Shown: positions 20,162 to 28,767 of the stretch, piece by piece | Numbering within the stretch: position 1 is the stretch's first letter | Layout: the number at the start of each line of letters is the position of its first letter | Assembly: GCA_938074205.1 (NCBI GenBank) | Contig: CALJES010000001.1 | Span: 36,268-100,267, forward strand | From: an uncultured bacterium | Lineage (GTDB): Bacteria; Armatimonadota; UBA5829 | Length of the DNA stretch: 64,000 nucleotides | Direction of reading: 5' to 3' | Translations under genes and position numbers: made by a program | Notes under the pieces: generated by a model | What the model was told of the DNA's origin: nothing | The model's database searches: none | The model's input: only the letters and a program-made list of their open reading frames with translations

Positions 20162-21442
20162 ATGACATCGCCGAAAAAAGGGAAATCCGAAAACGGTTTC
20201 CGTCAGCTCCAGTTAAATGCTGGAGAGTTGCTTGCCGCCCTTTCATACGCCACGGATATAACACCCTCAGCATCGCATTTCCACTCCTGGCGCGTAGCGT
20301 TGGTTGCCGAGCGCATAGCCCAGACGGTGCAAACTAACCATCGCCGGGACGTTTTTCTTGCCGGATTGATGCATGACATGGGTGCAGTAGGTGCCTATAG
20401 ACACATCACCCATTATCGCACCATCCGACAGCAGCTTGAGGACATACAGGTGCGTGCACATGCCCAGCGCGGAGCTGCAATGGTTGAATGGCTACCTGGA
20501 ATGCACGCTGTGTCCGAGTATATTGCCAACCACCACGAATGGTATAACGGCGGTGGATATCCTGAAGGTAAAGTTGGAAATCAGATCCCAATTGGCAGCC
20601 AAATGATTTTGATCGCCGACGTGCTTGATATAGTCGGATGCTTTCGATCGCTTGCTAGCCTACGGAGCACTCTGCCAAGTATGGCAGATCTCACCGGCTG
20701 TGCTTGGGGAAAAGAAATCTGGCAGACGTTTGTCCACTCGCTAGAAGACAGTGACTTTTGTGCCTCAATGGCTGATCCAGAGGCGTTGCCAGTCTTGATA
20801 AAAAATAAAGTATCAGAATTGGGGATACCCGAAACGCTAAACGGCGAAGAAGGGACTGAGCGCGTGCTACACCTCTTTGCCGCTTTGGTAGACCTTAAGG
20901 ATCCCTCTACTCTCGGGCACTCACTTCGGACAGCCAGGCGCGCTCGAAAACTGGCAGAATATCTGAAACTCAGCACTGAAGAGATGAAGATGGCTTATAG
21001 GGCAGGACTGGTTCACGACTGCGGTCGCCTGGGCATAGAAGGCAGTCTCCTGAACAAATCCGGCCGACTTACTGTAAAGGAAATGGATACTGTCCGAAAA
21101 CACGCAGAAATGACAATAAGGATTTTCGCCAGTTTACCCGACTGCCCCGACATGCACGATTTTGGGTATATAGCTGGTCACGATCATGAGCGGTGGGACG
21201 GTAAGGGATACCCTGATATGTTGGCAGGAGAAGACATCCCTCTGATTTCTAGGATCATAAGCGTGGTAGATGCTTACGATTCGATGGTGGCGTCCAATGA
21301 GTATCGGTTACTGACACCCAAAGGTGCACTGGTAAGGCTAGAGCAGAACGCTGGCTCGCAGTTCGATCCGCAGATCGTCAAGGTGATGATCGAAGCAGTC
21401 AAGAACGGACACATGGAAGAAGAAGTCAGACCCGCAGCATAA
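20162..21442 (+). CDS. tandem HD-GYP domain protein (putative cyclic-di-GMP phosphodiesterase)
   Basis: Domain 1: HSWRVA...GLMHDMG...HHEWYNGGGYP. Domain 2: HSLRTA...GLVHDCG...HDHERWDGKGYP. No receiver or sensor domain seen. Confidence 0.8.
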   Translation: MTSPKKGKSENGFRQLQLNAGELLAALSYATDITPSASHFHSWRVALVAERIAQTVQTNHRRDVFLAGLMHDMGAVGAYRHITHYRTIRQQLEDIQVRAHAQRGAAMVEWLPGMHAVSEYIANHHEWYNGGGYPEGKVGNQIPIGSQMILIADVLDIVGCFRSLASLRSTLPSMADLTGCAWGKEIWQTFVHSLEDSDFCASMADPEALPVLIKNKVSELGIPETLNGEEGTERVLHLFAALVDLKDPSTLGHSLRTARRARKLAEYLKLSTEEMKMAYRAGLVHDCGRLGIEGSLLNKSGRLTVKEMDTVRKHAEMTIRIFASLPDCPDMHDFGYIAGHDHERWDGKGYPDMLAGEDIPLISRIISVVDAYDSMVASNEYRLLTPKGALVRLEQNAGSQFDPQIVKVMIEAVKNGHMEEEVRPAA

Positions 21443-21461
21443 TTCTGCTCCCTCTCGTTTG

Positions 21462-22262
21462 TCAAATACCGGATAACATCTTGGGCGTTCGTGAGGAGAA
21501 TATGACATTGCGCGAATATCCTAGGCTGTCCAGCAAATCTTTTGCTATTTGATAACCGTCCGTAAGCCCGGAAGCTTTGTGCGCGTCAGCAGTAATTATC
21601 AAGGGGATATCCCGTGCCTGGGACATCTCTAGAATCTTCTTGGAAGGATAAATTTCGCGCGCAGGTTTAGTGAGCCCTGCTGTGTTAACTTCCACCACCA
21701 TACCCGCAGCAGATATAGCGTCTAGAGCTTCGCTGATTTCAGCCTCAAGATCTATACTTGGTCTCCACCCAAATTTCTTGTACAGATCCATATGACCCAC
21801 GATGTTAAAAAGTCGGCTTTCTGCAAGCTCTCTGATTCGCTGCCAATAACCTCTTACTATGTTGTTTCGATCCTCTTCCTTCAGGTTGTCCCAATGTTCC
21901 GGCGACTCATCTATCGGAAAATTGCCCAGAAAGTGCACTGAGCCAATGGTGTAATCGAGCGGATACCGTTGTAGTAAATCTGCAAGCAGAACGACAGTTT
22001 CCGGTTCATAATCGCATTCGAGGCCTAGGCGCACCTTTATCCTGTCCCCAACAACACGCTGAACATTATGTAGCTCTTCAAAGTACGAACCCAACCTGTC
22101 AACTGACATGCTCCACGATACATGACGACCAGGTTTAGGATATACCAAATGATCTGATATACCGATTTCATCCAAGCCCTGCTCGGCTGCTGCGGAGACT
22201 ATTTCCAAGACGGTGCTCTCACCGTCTGAATAGTTAGAATGAACGTGATATGACGTAATCAT
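21462..22262 (-). CDS. hisJ: PHP-family histidinol-phosphatase (HisJ type)
   Basis: MITSYHVHSNYSDGE start, GISDH, GSVH, ADAH metal-ligand pattern of PHP HolPases. Confidence 0.8.
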   Translation of the reverse strand: MITSYHVHSNYSDGESTVLEIVSAAAEQGLDEIGISDHLVYPKPGRHVSWSMSVDRLGSYFEELHNVQRVVGDRIKVRLGLECDYEPETVVLLADLLQRYPLDYTIGSVHFLGNFPIDESPEHWDNLKEEDRNNIVRGYWQRIRELAESRLFNIVGHMDLYKKFGWRPSIDLEAEISEALDAISAAGMVVEVNTAGLTKPAREIYPSKKILEMSQARDIPLIITADAHKASGLTDGYQIAKDLLDSLGYSRNVIFSSRTPKMLSGI

Positions 22263-22280
22263 TGTAGAAGTACAAGATGA

Positions 22281-22357
22281 TGGCGCGCCTGGAGGGACTC
22301 GAACCCCCGACCCTCTGATCCGAAGTCAGATGCTCTGATCCACTGAGCTACAGGCGC
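22281..22357 (-). tRNA. tRNA-Arg (anticodon TCG), CCA encoded
   Basis: The reverse complement folds as a cloverleaf. Acceptor GCGCCTG/CAGGCGC, D arm GCTCAGTGGATCAGAGC, anticodon stem TCTGA/TCAGA with loop CTTCGGA, T arm GGGGGTTCGAGTCCCTC, 3' GCCA. Confidence 0.9.
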
Positions 22358-22794
22358 GCATCTATAACAAGTATACCAACCCCCAACCACACAGTCAAAC
22401 GGCCTGGCGACTTACAAATGATGTCATACACGTTGTGCTGTAACTACAGAGAGTATGTGCACAAGCGTTATAAGATTCTGGCTTCCGACGGCAAATTTGA
22501 TGCGTACACCTTAATGTTACCATAGCCAAAATCCTCACCATCCCGCCATGCCGACCTCACACCACCACGATCCCAAGCTACACACGCAGGCTTGTCGGTA
22601 ACGGAGCCTGGCATCCTCACAAAGCACAATTCACTCGCTACCCGTGTAAAATAGTCAGCCTCTTGCCCTTCGGACGACAGATGCGATGTAATCGCTGTCT
22701 CATGTCAGCCACTGCAAACGACACCTATTTGTGCGAAAGCTGCAGACCACAAAATCCGAAGGTAAATTGATTCCTCAAAACCAATAAAGTAAGT

Positions 22795-25257
22795 ATGAGC
22801 ACTGAGTTAGTTGAGGGTGAATGGCGAGCATTTCAAGCTCCCGATGGTTATGAACCACGATTCAGTCCATTAGATCGACTTCCTTCAGAAATAGCCCGTG
22901 AGGCGGCAGGCGAAACCTGGAGCATTCTGAGCGTTCTCGCGCGGAAGCCCTGTCCTTACATAGTGAAGGCATACGACACCGCAAGTGGAACCGATTACAA
23001 CGCGGATTACTCTTGGCACGCCCTAGACAAGGAAAAGCTTTTCGACCTGCCCGGATCCGGCATGCTCGGGTTGGTAAACCCAAACTCCGATATCTATTTC
23101 GCATTCGGCTTCGGCGTCGGCTGCAAGAAGGTGAGCTATGAACTGAAGTTCCATCCGGTGGTGCACCTTGCTGACATGTTGATCTACAAAGTGGAACTTC
23201 AGGAAGATCTCGAATGCGAGGTCATCTTCCGATGTGCGACGTCGGATACGGTGATTGGCGCCGCAGTCTTACGAAACCTAGCAAATGAAGACCAGCTCGT
23301 AAATGTGGGCAACCTGTTTGGTAAGGAACCGCGTGACAATCCGCCTTATCAACGCTACGTACTTCCCCAGACACGCCATGGCTCCGGAGTAACAACCACA
23401 GCAGGTGGAATTGCTTGGATGGGAGCAATAGGCGATGGTAGGGCCGCTTTGGTTTGTTTGTACGAGTGGGCAAAAGGTGAGTGCGGTGGACGCAGGCTGC
23501 TGGCGACTGTGCTAGAGGTAGTTGGCGAACACTATGAGCCAGCTTTCTCTGAGAGACACACACCTCCACCAGGCACACTTGCGGGTGACAGGGCAGTGGT
23601 TGTACCTGCGCGTGGAACTGCCACTTTCGCACAGGCCCTCAATCTTAGGCGTTTCGCTCTTGAGGAAGTAGAAAATCCACCGCTAATGCCCCAGCTTTAC
23701 CGCAGAGAATCAGAAGAAGAAGCTGCGCAAGCTGGCTACAAATCTTGTGTGGAATCGCTAGCACAAGAGTGGGCATTGCTAATACAGCAAAGCGTGGAGC
23801 CTTACAAAGCATTTCCGAAGGTATCCCTTCCATCAAAAACCTGGGAAGCGGACTTTTATGCCTGCCTGGAACTCCCTCGGGCTTCAACATTTAGCCCTTA
23901 TGGTCTTCTGAAGCGGCCATTCTACAATTTCTGCCGAGTACATGCTCACGAACCGTACGGTTGGTGGACTTACGGTATGCACGCCCACGAATCGCTGTGC
24001 ACGCTTTTCAACAATGTGGTATACCCCACTCTATCAGCAGATTATCTGCGGGGACATCTATCGGAGCAGGATCCGAATGGCATGTACCCCTATGGAGTTA
24101 ACCATGCAGGACTTGACCCATATCATAAGGCGGGGACAGCAACTGCCCCACTCATCGTATGGGAAGCGTGGAACACATACCTATGGTCAGGCGATCGCCA
24201 GTTTCTCCAGGAGGCTTACGAATCCGGCAAACTTAACCACGAATGGTGGCTTTCTCACAGGAGTCCGCGCGGGGATGGGATATGCCGCTGGGGAGATTCT
24301 TCCGTAGAGAGCGTCAGAGATGATGATCACCTACCAACCTGGCAGGCAACAGGAGGTAGCCAGTATCAGGATGCACTCGATCTGAACTGCTATTTGCTGG
24401 TTCAGGAACGTACCTTGGCCGCGGTGGCAGGCGAACTGGGCCGTGAAGAAGAGGCTCTGCATTTTGCCAAAATGGCACAAGAACGTGCGAGGTTGATGAA
24501 CGAGCGTATGTGGCACCCTGAGGACAAACTTTACTACGGCAAAGGCGACGACCCGGCACGATGGGTGCGAGTCAAAGACATTTCGACATTCTTGCCCTTA
24601 TGGGCAGAACTTGCTCCTCAGGGCAGGTTTCAACGAATAGCTGAATTGGTAACCGACTCGGCGACATTCGGCACCCCTTACGGACCGCCAGTGCTTGCTG
24701 CAAATGAGCAAGGCTTCGGTCCTGAAGCTCACTGGTGCGGTGCAAACTGGGTTGAAATGACAATGTTCGTTGTCGATGGTCTGCGCCGCTACGGATATTA
24801 CCGCTTGGCTGCCAACGTGGCGTACAAGAACTGTAAGATGGTATTCGACGAGCTCGAGCGGTATGGTCATTTCCGTGAGTACTTCAATTCGATAACAGGA
24901 TCTGGCGCAGGACTCGCCGATTATATTTGGACCGGAATGCCTGCGTATTTCATAATCAATGCGTTCCTAGGCATCGAGCCCAAGCCTATGGGTATTTGGA
25001 TACTTCCGTCTCTGCCCGACGGCTGGTCACGTATAGAAATCGAGAATATTCACATTCGTGGAAAGCGCCTAAGTGTGCGCGTCAGGATAGACGAAACCCT
25101 AAACGAAACACTTGGTGCAATAGGGGGAAACTGTGTGCCAACGTTGAACCGACGCGGCGTATTTGTGCCGTGGGAGATTCTGACTGACGGGCTTTGCGTT
25201 GAAATAACACAACCGCGGTCATTAGCAGACGAACCTGTAGCGCCAGGTGATTTGTGA
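22795..25257 (+). CDS. (alpha/alpha)6-barrel glycoside hydrolase, GH63/trehalase-like
   Basis: C-terminal catalytic-domain hallmarks: RWGDSSVESVRDDD, LDLNCYLLVQERTLAAVAGELG, MWHPEDKLYY, GANWVEMTMFVVDGLRRYGY, REYFNSITG. Confidence 0.7.
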   Translation: MSTELVEGEWRAFQAPDGYEPRFSPLDRLPSEIAREAAGETWSILSVLARKPCPYIVKAYDTASGTDYNADYSWHALDKEKLFDLPGSGMLGLVNPNSDIYFAFGFGVGCKKVSYELKFHPVVHLADMLIYKVELQEDLECEVIFRCATSDTVIGAAVLRNLANEDQLVNVGNLFGKEPRDNPPYQRYVLPQTRHGSGVTTTAGGIAWMGAIGDGRAALVCLYEWAKGECGGRRLLATVLEVVGEHYEPAFSERHTPPPGTLAGDRAVVVPARGTATFAQALNLRRFALEEVENPPLMPQLYRRESEEEAAQAGYKSCVESLAQEWALLIQQSVEPYKAFPKVSLPSKTWEADFYACLELPRASTFSPYGLLKRPFYNFCRVHAHEPYGWWTYGMHAHESLCTLFNNVVYPTLSADYLRGHLSEQDPNGMYPYGVNHAGLDPYHKAGTATAPLIVWEAWNTYLWSGDRQFLQEAYESGKLNHEWWLSHRSPRGDGICRWGDSSVESVRDDDHLPTWQATGGSQYQDALDLNCYLLVQERTLAAVAGELGREEEALHFAKMAQERARLMNERMWHPEDKLYYGKGDDPARWVRVKDISTFLPLWAELAPQGRFQRIAELVTDSATFGTPYGPPVLAANEQGFGPEAHWCGANWVEMTMFVVDGLRRYGYYRLAANVAYKNCKMVFDELERYGHFREYFNSITGSGAGLADYIWTGMPAYFIINAFLGIEPKPMGIWILPSLPDGWSRIEIENIHIRGKRLSVRVRIDETLNETLGAIGGNCVPTLNRRGVFVPWEILTDGLCVEITQPRSLADEPVAPGDL

Positions 25258-25307
25258 TTGCGTAAACTGCTCTTATCGCGAGCCGACGCCGCTATGTGCG
25301 TCAGCTC

Positions 25308-25340
25308 CTTCTTGACTTCCTCTGAGCTCAAGAAGTTTTC
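25308..25340 (+). terminator. intrinsic terminator after the GH63-like gene
   Basis: CTTCTTGA (25308..15) pairs perfectly with TCAAGAAG (25328..35) across a 12-nt loop, followed by TTTT. Confidence 0.5.
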
Positions 25341-25359
25341 TCACGCCATAGGCATTGCT

Positions 25360-26232
25360 CTATAGCCTCGCTTTCCACAAGCTGAGCAATGCACCCAAGC
25401 CTTTACGGACATGGCTCGACGAACATGTCGGACACGCTCTAGCTTTACGCTCTGCAACAAACCGCATATCGACAGACACGTTTCCCTTTATCAAAGGGCA
25501 GTCCGCTGCCAAATGGAAGGCGCCGCACGAATCTAGAAAAACGCATCTCAGGTCAAAGTCGGACTCCAGTTCTGAAGTGTCTAGTGATAGTGCTCCTCGC
25601 CCGTCTTTTCCACCAGCGAACCGAGTCGCAGCCAGATTGACAGCGACAACGCTCTCAATTCCGACAAACGCCTTCAATGCAAAGGCGTACACGCGCATTG
25701 ACGCCCCAGTATTGGCAATGTCATCAATCAGAAGCGCTTGACCGCCAAGATTCGCGGGCCTCACAAACAAGTCCTGGGCAACATAACGGATCCGGTTTCG
25801 AAGTGCCTCAGCACCTGAAAGCTTATCCACAGTCCGCATCGGAGGTCTTGAGTCAGATCTGAAGAAAACCTGTGTGCAGTCTCTTGCACCAAGTCGGGTG
25901 CATAGCATGCTGGCAAGCAAGCTCATAGGTCTATACTGCTCCGGAACTGTTTCCGCTGAGCTCATCACTCGCACGACCCAGTCGAAATGTTGCTGGCCAA
26001 GACGACGCAATATCTGCTTGCAGTAAAAATCGGCTACGCGCATTACGTAGGGCCCATAGTCGTACACCGGCACGCATTCCTTGTACCCCTTAACGACTCT
26101 ACTTTCGAAACTCCGGTTGGAATACGGCCAGAAGGAACCTAGAAAGCAGATCTCGTCATAGTACTCCTCGCGAGAGAGTTCTTCGACGCTTACCGCAGCT
26201 CGAAGGCTGATTGGCAGATCTCGCCGAATCAC
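25360..26232 (-). CDS. type I phosphoribosyltransferase-fold protein with unknown N-terminal domain and Cys-rich C-terminus
   Basis: PRPP-binding loop ALLIDDIANTGASM. ~150-aa N-terminal region without recognisable motifs. C-terminal Cys pattern RCVFLDSC...DCP...ACPTC. The start overlaps the upstream stop (ATGA). Confidence 0.65.
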   Translation of the reverse strand: MIRRDLPISLRAAVSVEELSREEYYDEICFLGSFWPYSNRSFESRVVKGYKECVPVYDYGPYVMRVADFYCKQILRRLGQQHFDWVVRVMSSAETVPEQYRPMSLLASMLCTRLGARDCTQVFFRSDSRPPMRTVDKLSGAEALRNRIRYVAQDLFVRPANLGGQALLIDDIANTGASMRVYAFALKAFVGIESVVAVNLAATRFAGGKDGRGALSLDTSELESDFDLRCVFLDSCGAFHLAADCPLIKGNVSVDMRFVAERKARACPTCSSSHVRKGLGALLSLWKARL

Positions 26233-27023
26233 GGGGCGTTCCTTGTCGCAAAGTAATCATAGACTGCTTTTGACACGCGCGAGATAGTAAGGTGGGCATC
26301 CCCAGTGCTGCGTGCACCTTTGGTAAAGACAGCGATTGCATAGCGGAAGCCAGGTCCGGTCACTATACCGCAGTCGTGAAATATACCTTCTCGGGAGCCA
26401 GTCTTGTTCGCCAGTCTTGCCTCTTCCGGTAAGAACAGACCGAGGCGCGACGTTTCCTGCTGATGACTTAGCATATCCAGTGCTTTTTCGTCCCACTCGC
26501 CACCGACGGCTTCCTTCCGGGCAATCCGTACCAGCAAATCGGCGATTTCGGCTGCCGTGCACACGTTGTCTAGTCCTTTGTCGATGGCTTCCCAATCATA
26601 CATTTTTCGGCGCAGTGCCGTCTGGTTGTAGCCCATCGATCGAAGGGTTTGATTCACACTTTCAACGCCTATGATGTCCATGACTATGTTCGTGGCAGTA
26701 TTGTCGCTCACAATAATCATCAACCAAAGCAAGTCCATGATCGTAAGCTTCACTCCAGCATGCAAGTACCGAAGTACTCCCGATCCTCTGACTCTCTGCT
26801 CATCATTCAAGATAATCTCCCGGTCAAGATCGATCGCACCATCCCGTGCTTGCATGAGGGCTTCCACAAGCATCGGCACCTTGATTATGCTCGCAGACGA
26901 CATTACTTCCCGATCATTAATCGATATATCGCCTGCGTTTTCGATGTTTCTGACTGCGACGGACACCATTCCGCCGCAGCCAGCAGCAATCTGCACAATA
27001 GATTCTTGAAGTCCTAGTTCCAT
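26229..27023 (-). CDS. class A beta-lactamase-like serine hydrolase, no signal peptide
   Basis: SxxK (SASIIK), SDN (VSDNTATN) and KTG (NKTGS) motifs in canonical order. The N-terminus MELGLQESIVQIAAG lacks a secretion signal. Confidence 0.75.
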   Translation of the reverse strand: MELGLQESIVQIAAGCGGMVSVAVRNIENAGDISINDREVMSSASIIKVPMLVEALMQARDGAIDLDREIILNDEQRVRGSGVLRYLHAGVKLTIMDLLWLMIIVSDNTATNIVMDIIGVESVNQTLRSMGYNQTALRRKMYDWEAIDKGLDNVCTAAEIADLLVRIARKEAVGGEWDEKALDMLSHQQETSRLGLFLPEEARLANKTGSREGIFHDCGIVTGPGFRYAIAVFTKGARSTGDAHLTISRVSKAVYDYFATRNAP

Positions 27024-27156
27024 CGCACCCTCAGAACCTGATTCTGGATTAGACGATATAGTCTTTACTACCTGCTCTTTTGTTGATTAGGAATCAAACT
27101 GCTCTGATAGGAATCTTCTGAACATCAGTAGGCGCGCAGAATCTGCATGGACGAAG

Positions 27157-27186
27157 TTGACACGCCTACCGATAAGAAAGTATAGT
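27157..27186 (+). promoter_or_regulatory. sigma70-like promoter for the esterase gene
   Basis: TTGACA (27157..62), 18-nt spacer, TATAGT (27181..86), 55 nt upstream of the GTG at 27241. Confidence 0.45.
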
Positions 27187-27240
27187 TTGCTTCAGTTATG
27201 ACTCGCCTGCATACCTACGTCTCTAGAAAGCACTATTATC

Positions 27241-28668
27241 GTGAGGTGTGAAGCTGTGTATCATAAGGCATCATTACTGGTTATTATCCTCGGACTTGGA
27301 CCGTCGCTCGCGGCTGCTGTTAAGCCAAACGGCCTATTTACCGACAATGCCGTGCTTCAGCAGGGTATCAGCGTACCGATCTGGGGCACCGCCGACATCG
27401 GTGAGCGTGTTACAGTAAAGTTTGCTGGTCAGACTGTTTCCACGACCGCCAAAAACGGCAAATGGATGGTCTGGTTGAAACCCATGGCGGCTGGTGGGCC
27501 CTATACGATGACAGTATCCGCGTCCAACACCGTCGACCTCAAGAATATAATGGTGGGAGAGGTGTGGATCGCAAGCGGACAGTCCAATATGCAGTGGCCT
27601 CTTGCCCAAACGCTCGATGCTGAGCGCGCAATAGCATCCGCAAACGATCCCCTTCTTCGCCTGTATACTGTTCCACGAGTGCCGGCGGCAGAGCCGAAGA
27701 CTGACGTGGCTGGAAAATGGGAAGAGTGTACACCTGATGCAGCCCGAAATTTCTCGGCGGTTGCGTATTACTTCGCCCGGAGCCTTCGTCAGGCACTGGA
27801 CGTGCCAGTCGGAATCATCCATACATCTTGGGGTGGAACCCGTGTTGAAGCGTGGACGTCACTAGCTGTATTGCAATCCGACCCAGACTTTACCGAATCG
27901 ATTGGTGGGATAAAGGACTACGGCACCAACCAAAATCACCCGGCCGCATTGTACAACGGGATGATTGCCCCGCTCATACCTTACGCGATTCGCGGTTCGA
28001 TATGGTATCAGGGCGAGTCCAATGCTCGTCAGGCGTATAGATATGAAAAGCGGCTCACTAGCATGATCGCGAACTGGCGAAAAGAGTGGGGCCAGGGAGA
28101 TTTTCCTTTTCTAATGGTTCAGCTGGCTCCCTATGGCAAGGTTACCTCCGAACCAGGTGATTCAAGTTGGGCGGAACTTAGAGAAGCTCAGTTAATGACT
28201 TCACTTCACTGCTCGAAAACTGCAGTGGTTGTAACGCTGGATGTAGGTGACCCCAATGACATTCACCCTAAGAACAAACAGCCGGTCGGAGAACGATTGG
28301 CGCTTGCAGCGCGGGCAGTGGCATACGGGGAAAACGTAGACTACAAGGGACCGAGACTAGGAAGTATGGTTGTGAAAGGTAGTCGCGCGGTGCTTGAGTT
28401 CACTGACACAGGAGGAGGTTTGGAAGCAGTCGGTGGACCACTGACCGGATTCACCGTTGCAGGACCCGACCGCAAGTTCTACAACGCTCGAGCCACTATC
28501 TTTGGAAACAGAGTCGTCGTATCAAGTCCGGAAGTACCAAATCCTGTGGCAGTGCGTTACGCCTGGGCAGATGCTCCAGTGGCAAATCTATTTGGGAAAA
28601 ACGGTTTACCCGCTTCTCCTTTCAGAACCGACGACTGGCCGTTCAGCACTGCACTTGCGGCCAAGTAG
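27241..28668 (+). CDS. sialate O-acetylesterase-family (SASA/SGNH-like) carbohydrate esterase, secreted
   Basis: Signal peptide. GEVWIASGQSNMQWPL catalytic Ser block, GIIHTSWGGTRVEAW, IWYQGESN. Confidence 0.8.
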   Translation: MRCEAVYHKASLLVIILGLGPSLAAAVKPNGLFTDNAVLQQGISVPIWGTADIGERVTVKFAGQTVSTTAKNGKWMVWLKPMAAGGPYTMTVSASNTVDLKNIMVGEVWIASGQSNMQWPLAQTLDAERAIASANDPLLRLYTVPRVPAAEPKTDVAGKWEECTPDAARNFSAVAYYFARSLRQALDVPVGIIHTSWGGTRVEAWTSLAVLQSDPDFTESIGGIKDYGTNQNHPAALYNGMIAPLIPYAIRGSIWYQGESNARQAYRYEKRLTSMIANWRKEWGQGDFPFLMVQLAPYGKVTSEPGDSSWAELREAQLMTSLHCSKTAVVVTLDVGDPNDIHPKNKQPVGERLALAARAVAYGENVDYKGPRLGSMVVKGSRAVLEFTDTGGGLEAVGGPLTGFTVAGPDRKFYNARATIFGNRVVVSSPEVPNPVAVRYAWADAPVANLFGKNGLPASPFRTDDWPFSTALAAK

Positions 28669-28767
28669 GGCGGTTCAAGCTTGCCGTATTATGAGATAGT
28701 TGCACACTTGCTCTCGCCAAAGCAATGCTAATCTTCGATTTTTGGCGGCAGCGGAATTATAGATACA

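Noticed and set aside
22263-22794. Integrated mobile element at tRNA-Arg
   Set aside because: There is no integrase, excisionase or phage/plasmid gene on either side. I found no direct repeat of the tRNA 3' end in the window. The flanking genes are ordinary metabolic genes.
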